A stretch of DNA of 64,000 bases from a virus (taxonomy: Duplodnaviria > Heunggongvirae > Uroviricota > Caudoviricetes). The position numbers and the translations under genes were made by a program. Each line of letters opens with the position of its first letter. Position 1 is the stretch's first letter. Of this stretch, positions 27,746-37,606 are shown piece after piece. The DNA is taken from IMG/VR virus record IMGVR_UViG_3300028914_000001, positions 189,489 to 253,488 of that record; one strand, given 5' to 3'. The notes under the pieces are model-generated. The model did not search any database. It was not told where the DNA came from and was given only the letters and a program-made list of their open reading frames with translations.

Positions 27746-29449
27746 CTAGAAGGCTCCTGTCTCGGGTGGCGGGGCCATTCCGCCGAAGTCGCCCAAGGAC
27801 TCGCCTTCGCCGCTATCGGCATCGGTTTCTTCACCGAGGAGAACCTTCTGTTCATGCTCACGCCACTTGCGGTTCTGAGTGAGGTCGGCATCTGAAATAC
27901 CGAGACCGTAACGGAGACAGTATTCTTGGGAAAGCGGGTTGTTCGGGGCATCGTCCTTCACAGCAAATTCCATCATGCTCTGGAATACTGCGAGACGGGT
28001 AGTCCATACGTCGGCATCGATGTAGCTCTGGAAACCATTGCTTCGCTTGAACTTGATGTCGAAGTTCTCTTCCAACTTGATATTCTCGGTAAATTCTTTC
28101 CTTGTATTGAGCACCATGATGAAGAGTCTTACGAGAGCTTGTTCGAACGGTGTCTGGTAACGGTCAACGAGTCTAGCGAATGCTACTTCCGCCTGAGTAA
28201 CTTCACCAACCTTACCGTTGGAGTAGTTTACACTGTCGCCAGCCAATGCTGTGATACGTCCAGGAGGCACCATCAAGGCGTTGACGAGGTTTCTCTTGAA
28301 GAATTTGAGGTCGTCGATGTTGCCTAGCTGGTCACCGCCAGGTAGTCTTTCAATGGTTGAACCTGACGAACCGCCCTGAACAGGGATGATGAAGTGTTCC
28401 GATAGGCCGATTGCCTTACCCCAGTTGGTAATTTCACCCGTAGTGGCGTTATAGTCAATCTGACGGCTGAACATCTTGGCCTGTTCCTTCATTGTCGCTT
28501 CGGCCTGCGGTTTAGGCTGGCCAGCCACGTCAACTTTTAGAATCATCTTTTCGGAGCCCCAGAGAACACGGTACATAACAACGCTATCTTCAATCGTATT
28601 CAGTTGGTTGTGTGCCTTCACTGCTGGTTCGAGGATTGAACGGGGGTCGTTCACGCCGCCTGGGCCGTAAAGGTCGAGGGAGAGGAACAAAATCTGGTTC
28701 GGAGAGTAGTCGATGTAATTCTTGCTGGTATGTGCGTATGTTCCAGTAAGCATTTGACGATAGCCGATAATCAAGTTATCCTGGACGACCACAATCATAT
28801 TTTCGCCCGGTAACATGTTCAGTCCGACGATTTCATTGGTTTCCTCGTCATATACGACTTCGAGGAAGAGTCGGCCTTCGATGAGCATCTTTCTCATGTA
28901 CTGCCAAGCAGTCTTCTGGAACTTGAAAATCTTCCTGAGCACATCCCTTTTGAAGATTGTCTGCAAGCTCATCTTTGTCACTTCGGCAATTTCAGAATAT
29001 TCGTTGACCTGCAAGCTGCAAATGTCGCCCTTGTCGTCCTTATAGATTGCCTCATTGCAAATCTGGGTCAGAGACTCGTTCACCTCCGAGCGTGTGGCGA
29101 TGATGTTGTACTTCAACATGCGTTCCACGTTGTTTCGCCAGTAGAGTTGCACCTGATTTTCGGCGATGGTATCTTGAACCTTGGTGGGGTCAATCTGCCC
29201 GTCGTTAATCATGATGGTCGGCATGTAGGTGGAGAATCCGTCAGGTGACATACCGTTCGGGTACATCATCTGCTGGACGCCCTGTCCTACCGCATTCCTG
29301 GACCTTGATATTTCATGGTTCAGGTCTTCTCCGTTGAACATTCGGTCAAAAAGTTCGCCTCTCGGGTTATTTTCGCCGTAGTCTCTCACATGCGTCATGA
29401 CCATGGACGCAATGTTTTCGGGTCTTTTCTTTTTCGATGAAAAAAGCAT
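27746..29449 (-). CDS. gp20: portal protein, T4 gp20-like
   Basis: ICNEAI, NQLNTIEDSVVMYR, LPGGDQLGNIDDLKFF...ALMVPPGRI. Confidence 0.93.
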   Translation of the reverse strand: MLFSSKKKRPENIASMVMTHVRDYGENNPRGELFDRMFNGEDLNHEISRSRNAVGQGVQQMMYPNGMSPDGFSTYMPTIMINDGQIDPTKVQDTIAENQVQLYWRNNVERMLKYNIIATRSEVNESLTQICNEAIYKDDKGDICSLQVNEYSEIAEVTKMSLQTIFKRDVLRKIFKFQKTAWQYMRKMLIEGRLFLEVVYDEETNEIVGLNMLPGENMIVVVQDNLIIGYRQMLTGTYAHTSKNYIDYSPNQILFLSLDLYGPGGVNDPRSILEPAVKAHNQLNTIEDSVVMYRVLWGSEKMILKVDVAGQPKPQAEATMKEQAKMFSRQIDYNATTGEITNWGKAIGLSEHFIIPVQGGSSGSTIERLPGGDQLGNIDDLKFFKRNLVNALMVPPGRITALAGDSVNYSNGKVGEVTQAEVAFARLVDRYQTPFEQALVRLFIMVLNTRKEFTENIKLEENFDIKFKRSNGFQSYIDADVWTTRLAVFQSMMEFAVKDDAPNNPLSQEYCLRYGLGISDADLTQNRKWREHEQKVLLGEETDADSGEGESLGDFGGMAPPPETGAF

Positions 29450-29455
29450 AATTTC

Positions 29456-29668
29456 CTACCTGGGGTACTTAAATCTGATGCCTTCGAACATCACATAAAA
29501 GGTTGGTTTACGTTCGGATATGTAGAATGACTTTAACGATTCGTTGAGTATGTTCTTGGACAAAAGTCTCCTGTTGTTAACCTCCGCATCGACTATCGTG
29601 CGGAAATCACACAAGTCCACTTGGAAGACTGGAAGACCGTTGTATCTGTATAATTCACCCATAGTCAC
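29456..29668 (-). CDS. small hypothetical protein
   Basis: Lies between a late motif and the portal gene. Confidence 0.55.
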   Translation of the reverse strand: MTMGELYRYNGLPVFQVDLCDFRTIVDAEVNNRRLLSKNILNESLKSFYISERKPTFYVMFEGIRFKYPR

Positions 29669-29699
29669 ACAATAAATTATATTTTTGGTGATTTATCAA

Positions 29700-29708
29700 T
29701 AGTTTATA
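29700..29708 (-). promoter_or_regulatory. putative late promoter TATAAACTA (portal operon)
   Basis: Recurrent motif. Confidence 0.7.
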
Positions 29709-29717
29709 CCCCATGCG

Positions 29718-29746
29718 TTGATAGCGCTGGATGAAAAATGTATTTT
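29718..29746 (+). promoter_or_regulatory. sigma70-type promoter
   Basis: TTGATA-N17-TATTTT. Confidence 0.5.
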
Positions 29747-29781
29747 ATCGATGTAAGTACCTTTATTTTACAGGGATTATC

Positions 29782-30117
29782 ATGAGCAAGACTATTGATT
29801 TGACCATTAGCGACAGAGTTGCAATCGGACGTTATGTGAACCTTATCCGTTGCACAATCCCAATCCGTCTAGTAATCGACGAGTTTAACGACAAGTTCGT
29901 TCCGACCGCAGAGGAATTGAAGAAGGCTGGTGCCGTAATCGAGATGGGCAAGCTAGCCAAGATTAAGGACGATTTTGTCAAGTCTTTCACCGATGAAGAT
30001 GTTCCGCAGGTTATCCGGGATGGCATTGCGGAATTTATCGAGAAACTTGAATCTAACAAGAATGCCGACGCTGCGTACGTAGAAAGGGTCACCTCTGCAT
30101 TGAAGAAGTTGATTTAA
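29782..30117 (+). CDS. hypothetical protein
   Basis: Start MSKTID follows AGGGA. Confidence 0.7.
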   Translation: MSKTIDLTISDRVAIGRYVNLIRCTIPIRLVIDEFNDKFVPTAEELKKAGAVIEMGKLAKIKDDFVKSFTDEDVPQVIRDGIAEFIEKLESNKNADAAYVERVTSALKKLI

Positions 30118-30118
30118 T

Positions 30119-31012
30119 ATGTTGATGTCCCGTTATTATTACATGATGTCTGATTTCTATCTCCATGCGGACGAGAACACGACATCAACGATGGTTGAGA
30201 ACTTTGCCGAGCAGCTGGACAAACTGTACGACTCCGGCGAGGCAAACAACACGGTAATTCCAATCTTTATTGTGCGTGGAGGCGATGAGTCTAACCCGAC
30301 GTGCAGTCTGGAACCGTTGTACTTTATTGCTATCGACGGGGTGCCTCTCATATTCTCCACCTGTTACCGTCTTTCTGGCGATTCGTTGAAATCTATTGAC
30401 AGTAATGCAGACGGCGGCTCATTTATAACGGAGATGCTCGCATACAACAACACCCATGTGTACCAGCTAGGGGCAATCGACTCGGTAACATCTGTTGACG
30501 ATGCTCTGCAGCAGGCTACGGCTGGCAATCTATTGGAAAGCGACCAGATTGATGCCGAAATGCTGAATACGCTTCTTATCCAGAACGAGATTGAGCCTAT
30601 TCGGAAATTGGAACTCCCGAATGCAGGATATGTCGAGGTCTATGCTTTGACTGGTGCCGAGATGGACGCCTTGCAGAAGGACAAGAACTATAACAATCCG
30701 TACGGACAGACGATTGTCGACTACGATAATTCAGATGGGGTGTACTACCTTGTCGGAATCGGCGGTAACGCTGCCATTCGTGAAGTTGCGGTAAGATGCG
30801 GCTCCGATGGGTTCATGTACACGATTTGGACGAACAACTCTCCAAAATTTCTCAATCGGGCCACCGTTATTGCAGAGGATTTTCCAATAGAAGCAATAGA
30901 AAATGACCTCACCGACATGAGCAAGGCCCTTGGGGAGCATATCATCATGCACATGAGGAAAAAGAAACTCTTGGATAGCCAGGAAATCAATGCCGTAAAC
31001 GGAACGATTTAG
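30119..31012 (+). CDS. hypothetical protein
   Basis: 297-aa ORF, operon-packed. Confidence 0.75.
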   Translation: MLMSRYYYMMSDFYLHADENTTSTMVENFAEQLDKLYDSGEANNTVIPIFIVRGGDESNPTCSLEPLYFIAIDGVPLIFSTCYRLSGDSLKSIDSNADGGSFITEMLAYNNTHVYQLGAIDSVTSVDDALQQATAGNLLESDQIDAEMLNTLLIQNEIEPIRKLELPNAGYVEVYALTGAEMDALQKDKNYNNPYGQTIVDYDNSDGVYYLVGIGGNAAIREVAVRCGSDGFMYTIWTNNSPKFLNRATVIAEDFPIEAIENDLTDMSKALGEHIIMHMRKKKLLDSQEINAVNGTI

Positions 31013-31021
31013 CGCCACGAT

Positions 31022-31030
31022 TATAAACTA
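31022..31030 (+). promoter_or_regulatory. putative late promoter TATAAACTA
   Basis: Recurrent motif upstream of 31054. Confidence 0.7.
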
Positions 31031-31053
31031 TTTTTTGATTGAAATGGTGAATT

Positions 31054-34000
31054 ATGGCGATAAATCTATACATACGACTGGCAACTACATTCAACGAATT
31101 CGAAAATATTAATCAGCACTACAAGGAAATTTATCGTTTCCATGCGACTGGTAGTGATGCCAATGCCCGTGTCCAAAATTATCGACTTCGCCATTTCCTA
31201 ACAGCAGGTGCGCCTAATTCCACCGTTACACCTAACAGTGGGTTGATGGTATATGATGGAACTGGCATTATGCCCTTGACGGGTTCGTACAATGACTGGA
31301 ACACGCCGAATAGACCTCCTCGGATTGATAATGGCAACAAACAGTTCGATACTGAACTCATAATGAGATTCGACAGAGACAGCATCTTTAGTCAACTTTC
31401 CAATAATGCACAGGTTTGGATTACCACACCGTACAGTAATGATAACGGCGGCTTTTCGACGTTTGATGTTGAGTCTTCGTTCTCGTTTCTAGGATATTCG
31501 AATGACGGGGTATTTGTCAAAAACCCAATGAATGTCGTGCTGGAGCATAAGGTCGGAGGTGGCTCGGTAACAAGGATTTATACTGATAAGAATACCCTCC
31601 CGAACGGAGGTGACTCTGGTTGTGACCCCAACGGTAACCTATACAAAGTTGAAACCGTTGTGGTTCAAACGCAGGGTGAACACGGGCTTCAGGTAGGGGA
31701 TGCTGTTACCCTTTACAGCAGGGATGCTTGCCATACCGCATACATGGCAAACTGGGGAAGAAGGTTTGGTAAGGAGGATGGTGAAAAATACCTTGGCGAT
31801 TTTGTCGTCACGAGCGTACCTAACTCATACACGTTTACTTATCAAACATACCATAACCCAATGCTCATAAATAGGGTCACTCACCCTGAAGAGTATCCGT
31901 GCCAACATACAAGTTATGACTGGCCAGACCTTGTATGGGAGCGTTGGGAACTATATGAATATAGTGAGACAGTATCCGTGGATACAAGCGGAGCATCCCC
32001 CTTATTTATTTTTACGAGTCCTGACCCAAGTGACCTCACTACTCCGTATACTCGCAATCTAGTTGCACGTACAAATGATAGTGAAGGTGACCGAGTCACG
32101 TTTGTGTATAACGGCTCGGATAAGGTTCATCTTGAAGTGACCGAAGTTAATGTATATGGCAATAGCAATCTAATCAAAGCCGTACCTGTTGACGGTGAAA
32201 CTTTCCCGTCTGGAGTAACGTCGGGTACATTGAAATACACGCCACGCCTACCTTCCGCCGATATTGCCTATAATGTGGCGAACTCTGATATCGCCCCGAA
32301 ACGTGAAAAGGCGCATTCAAAGGAAAGTGCTATAATTTATGCGTGCCAAGACACATTCTATGTAGTTAACGGTTATAATGTATCGCATGGAACAGACAAT
32401 CCATTGCAGCTTAATCGTGACAGGATTTTCCCTATCCTAAAGTTCCCGATAAAACAGTATACCGGGGATGCCGTGGATGACCCGAATCTTGTCGCTAAAA
32501 TGTTTATATACGCACTTGATAACGCAGGTGTAAGTAACAACAGCATCAATTTGATGGGGTTCAGTACGGATACCTGGGATGAAAGTGATACTAACGATGA
32601 CCTTGCTGGCAAGCATATTGTCCAATCTGCAATAGGACATATTGCCGACTTCTCTTACGGAAATCCTACCAGAACTTTCTCCAACAGGTACATCAAGTTT
32701 AACATAAATAATTCCTACACGATAGCTATGCTTAAAGGTAATGCGTTTAAGACATTGTACCTTAACGCATTGAAATCAACGGGAGACCGTTCGATTACGT
32801 TTTCTTCACGTCATGCGGTAGAAAACTGGCCTTATATAGCGATTACATCGTCAAAATTTATAGGAACAACGCCGAGTATTGCCCTTGAAAATACGTACAT
32901 GTATCTAGTTTGCGATTCAATCGAAAAGACTAATACCACGTTTGAGGCAAAGACGGTTTTTTCTGCGAAGGTATCTGATAAGGTCTTCGATAGTTCGAGT
33001 CTGATGTACGTCCGTAGTTGGGGTAGTTCTAAACCTTTCTTTAATCCCGGCGATACTATTGAGGTGATGAACACCGACCACTATGACACTATTAGTGGTG
33101 AGGTAGTTGCGGTAGACTTGGCTACCCATGAGGTCAAATTTACTTATACAGGGGATGAGCCTAATGTAAATATTCCTGAGTGCGGAATCATCAGAAACCG
33201 TTCAAGGATGATTTCAACATATACTGCAAGCGATGCGGAGAATATACCTAACAATCTTCATGTCGACGGTCCCGATGTTCATGGCAAGTATGGATATCCA
33301 GGGGATACACTTGAATTTGATGTAATCCATGACGAAGCAACGGATAATCAGTCTTCGATGAGTGTAGTATATGATGACGACGGAAATGCATCAAATGTAT
33401 TGAATCCTGTATTCCTTACTGATGTCGACCTTGTTTCTGGAAACGACCACGACCGAGCTGCAGACCGATTTATGCATGTGGGCCAGAATTACGGCGTTGT
33501 GTTGAAGGGTCTTAACCTAGATAAATTGACTGGCAATGCTTATGCCGTTCTCGGTAATCCAATATGGGAAAACGGCCTGTTTTCGGGAGGCCGTGCAGTT
33601 GAGCTTCTTTCGGTAGATGGCCACCCAGAACAACGAAAGTTCTATTATGACAATTCGTTAAACTTGCAGAGGTCGATGCCTATATACGAAGTTCGCAATG
33701 ACGACGGTGTAACCAAGTTTAAGATTCATGATGATGATTATCCATACTGTGGCCCCGGTGATATTGTTGGAGCGGTTTATACTGGTACATACATTAGCGG
33801 AGGGCAAACTTCCCTTCCAAGTGCGCTTAAATATGGCAAGAACTACTATGTAGTCAGTGCAACTAAAGAGGGCGATGATTTGTGGCTGACCTTGTCATCG
33901 TCATATATTTTCAGATACGAAGAACTCACTCCCACTTATGTTTCGCTTAGTATTGATGAGGTTGATTATATCAATCAGCAAATTGGACGTGCGTCTTCTG

Positions 34001-36009
34001 CCGGAAATGAACTCCCGGTGATATTGTATAGCTCTATCACGTCGCTCACCATCAAGGACGTTGATTTTGATACGACCAACTATTCCAATAGGCTCTATTT
34101 GCAGATAGATGAAGAACCTCCTGTATGCTATGTTGATGAAGCCGCCGATGCACATATTGCTGGTCGTCCGTTCGATGTCTATATTTCCGACTTGAACGAT
34201 ATTTTCAGAATTGACGATAAGTTGTTGGAAGAGCTGGATAGCGGAATGGTTACCTATATGTTAGGTAACAGAGACGCTAGGTTTATCAAGCTTACCCTGA
34301 CACTGGATAGCGATACTAGAATTTATATATACGATGCCGCCGGAAACAGCACGTATCTTGATTTCACTGTGATAAATCCGGCAGCGACGCTTACTCTGAA
34401 TCTTGAAAGTATAGTTGACAATACCGTCGATAGTAATAAAACGCATATCCTAAGTTTCCGTGCTGACGGTAGCGATTATAGTGTACTTTCTAATGCATAT
34501 GAGGATGTTAGCAATCCGGGAGATGCTGGTATCTATAAATCAATGGCGCTGGCTAGAATAGAGAATGTTTCCGAGATTACTCAGGATGCTGATGATGCCG
34601 GACACTTCACGTTCGACGTTGTTATTGATGAGTCGACGCTCGACCAAACAAACGGGCATCTTGAAGTATGGGTTGGTGATAGCAACGTTGGTGAGTACCA
34701 CAGTACGGCTAGCTGGAGTGAACCTATTATCTTCAAGGAAGACATACAATGTAAGCTACCTGGTGATGTTATTGAATTTAAAGGGGTTAATCTCTATAAT
34801 AAGTCTGATAGCAATAATTTGACTTTGATGGGCCAAGGCTTTCGCCTAGTGCAATCTTCTGTAAGTTCAGGAACACATGTTTCTGTTGAAGTGGTCGCTT
34901 CTAATCCGGGGACGAGAAACCTTTGGGCAAAGTGGGCGAATACTTTATCTTCGCCAGTGGTCGCTGCGTATCAGAGTAGCGTTACTGTCATAGAGTTGCC
35001 AAAGATAACGATAAGGGACAAGGTCATACGATGGCCGGAAGGACAGGCATGGGAAGAACCAGGAGATGTTACCGCAAATAACGGATTGTCCTACACGGTT
35101 GATGCTAGTAACCTAAACTGTAATGAACCTGGTATCTATACGATAGAATACACTACCGAGGTGGATAGTTGCGGTTATAGTGCATCGGATACGAGAACTG
35201 TCATCGTGACGAAATGCAATATACCGATATACCTATCTAAAGGATATGATGATATTGTAGCCACTTACGACCAGTACGAAGACATTGAAATTGTAATTTC
35301 ACCTGAAAGCGGTGTGTTGTTCAACCAGAATCTAATGAACAACGTCGTATACTATCAGCTGCCTGATTCTGATGAATGGAATACTGCTATCATTCTGTCT
35401 GGAACGCCAGACCGAAAGAGGCTGACTATCAAGAATCCGGGTGTCATTGCGTCTCTCATTAAGCTTAAAGTTGATGTCGGCACTGACAATATGTCGCTGG
35501 AACCAAATAGCAACTGTGTCGAGACGGACCCGGTTTTATTCACAGTTGTATCAAAGGAAGAACAGGATAAACCGCTCGATGTTGACGGCAAGCATTCTAT
35601 CGTGAGACGTAATTCCAGCCGTTCTCGCTTTGACGACCTTAACTTCGAGCCTATCTACAACAAGGATTTGTCCTACTCGTCATTCTCTATCACGGCTGAC
35701 GAAAACAGCCTGATGCAGAATGTGTACAGTATTCTTTTGACTAACCTAGGCGAACGCCTGTACGATGACGAGTTTGGTTCAACGTTGGAGGAGAGCATAT
35801 TCGAAATTATCGGTGACCTGAATGGAGAATCCAAACTTCTTAACCAGTGTGTTTCCCTCATCAACAAGTATGAACCGAGGGTGGTCGTCGTTGAGGACAA
35901 GAGCTATATCTCAATCAGCGATGATAACACGGTAGTCATAGTTCTTTACATTAAGGTTCCTCGTGGTATTGCAAGAAAGATTGAACTGACATTTAGGAAG
36001 GATTCATGA
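31054..36009 (+). CDS. large baseplate protein: beta-rich/Ig-like modules with a C-terminal gp25-like domain
   Basis: C-terminal SLMQNVYSILLTNLGERLYDDEFGS...INKYEPRV is the gp25/GPW pattern; PGIYTIEY...D..G...TRTVIV is an Ig-like (DUF5011-type) module. Confidence 0.75.
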   Translation: MAINLYIRLATTFNEFENINQHYKEIYRFHATGSDANARVQNYRLRHFLTAGAPNSTVTPNSGLMVYDGTGIMPLTGSYNDWNTPNRPPRIDNGNKQFDTELIMRFDRDSIFSQLSNNAQVWITTPYSNDNGGFSTFDVESSFSFLGYSNDGVFVKNPMNVVLEHKVGGGSVTRIYTDKNTLPNGGDSGCDPNGNLYKVETVVVQTQGEHGLQVGDAVTLYSRDACHTAYMANWGRRFGKEDGEKYLGDFVVTSVPNSYTFTYQTYHNPMLINRVTHPEEYPCQHTSYDWPDLVWERWELYEYSETVSVDTSGASPLFIFTSPDPSDLTTPYTRNLVARTNDSEGDRVTFVYNGSDKVHLEVTEVNVYGNSNLIKAVPVDGETFPSGVTSGTLKYTPRLPSADIAYNVANSDIAPKREKAHSKESAIIYACQDTFYVVNGYNVSHGTDNPLQLNRDRIFPILKFPIKQYTGDAVDDPNLVAKMFIYALDNAGVSNNSINLMGFSTDTWDESDTNDDLAGKHIVQSAIGHIADFSYGNPTRTFSNRYIKFNINNSYTIAMLKGNAFKTLYLNALKSTGDRSITFSSRHAVENWPYIAITSSKFIGTTPSIALENTYMYLVCDSIEKTNTTFEAKTVFSAKVSDKVFDSSSLMYVRSWGSSKPFFNPGDTIEVMNTDHYDTISGEVVAVDLATHEVKFTYTGDEPNVNIPECGIIRNRSRMISTYTASDAENIPNNLHVDGPDVHGKYGYPGDTLEFDVIHDEATDNQSSMSVVYDDDGNASNVLNPVFLTDVDLVSGNDHDRAADRFMHVGQNYGVVLKGLNLDKLTGNAYAVLGNPIWENGLFSGGRAVELLSVDGHPEQRKFYYDNSLNLQRSMPIYEVRNDDGVTKFKIHDDDYPYCGPGDIVGAVYTGTYISGGQTSLPSALKYGKNYYVVSATKEGDDLWLTLSSSYIFRYEELTPTYVSLSIDEVDYINQQIGRASSAGNELPVILYSSITSLTIKDVDFDTTNYSNRLYLQIDEEPPVCYVDEAADAHIAGRPFDVYISDLNDIFRIDDKLLEELDSGMVTYMLGNRDARFIKLTLTLDSDTRIYIYDAAGNSTYLDFTVINPAATLTLNLESIVDNTVDSNKTHILSFRADGSDYSVLSNAYEDVSNPGDAGIYKSMALARIENVSEITQDADDAGHFTFDVVIDESTLDQTNGHLEVWVGDSNVGEYHSTASWSEPIIFKEDIQCKLPGDVIEFKGVNLYNKSDSNNLTLMGQGFRLVQSSVSSGTHVSVEVVASNPGTRNLWAKWANTLSSPVVAAYQSSVTVIELPKITIRDKVIRWPEGQAWEEPGDVTANNGLSYTVDASNLNCNEPGIYTIEYTTEVDSCGYSASDTRTVIVTKCNIPIYLSKGYDDIVATYDQYEDIEIVISPESGVLFNQNLMNNVVYYQLPDSDEWNTAIILSGTPDRKRLTIKNPGVIASLIKLKVDVGTDNMSLEPNSNCVETDPVLFTVVSKEEQDKPLDVDGKHSIVRRNSSRSRFDDLNFEPIYNKDLSYSSFSITADENSLMQNVYSILLTNLGERLYDDEFGSTLEESIFEIIGDLNGESKLLNQCVSLINKYEPRVVVVEDKSYISISDDNTVVIVLYIKVPRGIARKIELTFRKDS

Positions 36010-36941
36010 TAGTACAGATAAAAAACGACAATACTCAGTACATATACACGCAGGACGCATCGAAGGATTACCTCGACGTGGCCAAGGCGCTTGGCCTTGG
36101 AAGCGGTGCTGGCCTGTCCAGTTACGTCACTACGTCGCCTATCGAGTTTACTAACGCCAACGGTGCTAGGGTCAAGGCTGTACGTATAAACGGGTACAGC
36201 AACCTGTCCTACTACGTCATGAATGATTCGGTCAAGCTTGACATTAAGCACAAGGGCAATCTTGACAAAGAAATGTTCAAGACGATTATAGATGGATTGA
36301 ATTTCTTTGAAAACTCCCGCATAAAGCTAGGCGACAGGGTCTATCTCGGCCCGTTCCGTGCGCTCAACTACGCCACGATGAATTCGATTACCGACGCTGC
36401 CGGAAACCATATCATGCTGTCTAGTTCGCAGGTAAGGGATGTTGCCGCTATAAATGCGTTACTAAGTAGATTGGATTACGATAATGGGAAAATGTACGAA
36501 CCTCTTGTCAGGAGGTACGTAAACATTCTTGCGGGGCTGCTGGATAAGAGTGTGCTTCCGATAGGATATTTCAACATGGAAAATTACTTGCGGATTATAC
36601 AGTCTCAGGCAAAAATCTTGTTTGCATCGTTCGCCAAGCCTAAGTCGAAGCCAACAATTCTCTTGCGTAGTGATGGGACTCCTGGGTATGCAAAGGTCGT
36701 TTCGGCCAACGGGCCCTATGTGAATATCACGCTATCCCCAAACATACAGGTTCTTGACCTTGCTAAGGAGAATGCCTACAACCCGTTTGTCATCGTTTCG
36801 CTGAGGCCGTTCCCTATCGCCCAGTCATCGTTCCCGTGGAAAAAGGTCATGTTTGGCAACACCGCAGTATTCATGTGCCCTATCATATGTAACGAAAATA
36901 AGTTAAGGACTCTTACCAAATCCATCAATTTGCTCGAATAG
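36006..36941 (+). CDS. hypothetical protein, probably structural
   Basis: ATGA overlap with the baseplate gene. Confidence 0.7.
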   Translation: MIVQIKNDNTQYIYTQDASKDYLDVAKALGLGSGAGLSSYVTTSPIEFTNANGARVKAVRINGYSNLSYYVMNDSVKLDIKHKGNLDKEMFKTIIDGLNFFENSRIKLGDRVYLGPFRALNYATMNSITDAAGNHIMLSSSQVRDVAAINALLSRLDYDNGKMYEPLVRRYVNILAGLLDKSVLPIGYFNMENYLRIIQSQAKILFASFAKPKSKPTILLRSDGTPGYAKVVSANGPYVNITLSPNIQVLDLAKENAYNPFVIVSLRPFPIAQSSFPWKKVMFGNTAVFMCPIICNENKLRTLTKSINLLE

Positions 36942-36942
36942 C

Positions 36943-36971
36943 TTGACATCCTGTGGTTTTTGTGCTATATT
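36943..36971 (+). promoter_or_regulatory. sigma70-type promoter
   Basis: TTGACA-N17-TATATT. Confidence 0.75.
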
Positions 36972-37012
36972 TATGGTTACGTACATAAAAACCATCAACA
37001 AAGGATGTCAAA

Positions 37013-37597
37013 ATGAAAAAAATCTTAACCCTTCTCCTCGTCTTTATCTTCTCCTCCGTCGCCTTTGCAGGCGGTTGGGACTGGTTCAATCCGTCTTCTG
37101 GCGGTACTGCACAGTTCCGTACAGGTGTTTCCTTCGACCATGAAGCCGAAAGCGCCGCACATTACGAAAACGTCCGTGCAATCATCAAGAGCAATGTCGA
37201 AGTTGCTGCCGCTTTCTATGCGGGCGAAGTTTCCAGCATGTCCGTCAGGACGGATATCTATGACGTTGCCGCAGTCGGTGTAGAGTTCACCGAAAAGAGT
37301 GTCCGTCCGTTCGTTCAGGGTTACAAGGATATCGGTAAGTTTAGCGTCGGTGGCGAATACCTCTTCGATACCGATACGAAGGTCAGCCGTTTTGGTGCCG
37401 AACTCGATTATCTCCTTCTGTCCGATATTATTCTTTATGGCGGTTCCACGGTCGATACCGAAAATTCATGGGAACCGTATGCTGGCGTCGTATATATGCT
37501 TGGCAAGGTTGACCTTTGCCTTGGCTACTACGCCGTTATCCCGAAGGCTGAATATCTCACCTCGGGTTATACCTTCGACATTACTTTTAACTTCTAG
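37013..37597 (+). CDS. putative outer-membrane beta-barrel protein
   Basis: Sec signal MKKILTLLLVFIFSSVAFA; amphipathic strands; C-terminal YTFDITFNF. Confidence 0.7.
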   Translation: MKKILTLLLVFIFSSVAFAGGWDWFNPSSGGTAQFRTGVSFDHEAESAAHYENVRAIIKSNVEVAAAFYAGEVSSMSVRTDIYDVAAVGVEFTEKSVRPFVQGYKDIGKFSVGGEYLFDTDTKVSRFGAELDYLLLSDIILYGGSTVDTENSWEPYAGVVYMLGKVDLCLGYYAVIPKAEYLTSGYTFDITFNF

Positions 37598-37606
37598 TAT
37601 TAGCCT

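Noticed and set aside
27595-27951. N-terminal 119 aa of the 616-aa capsid ORF call
   Set aside because: Overlaps the portal gene and its terminator; the gp23-like sequence and RBS begin at about 27594-27612.
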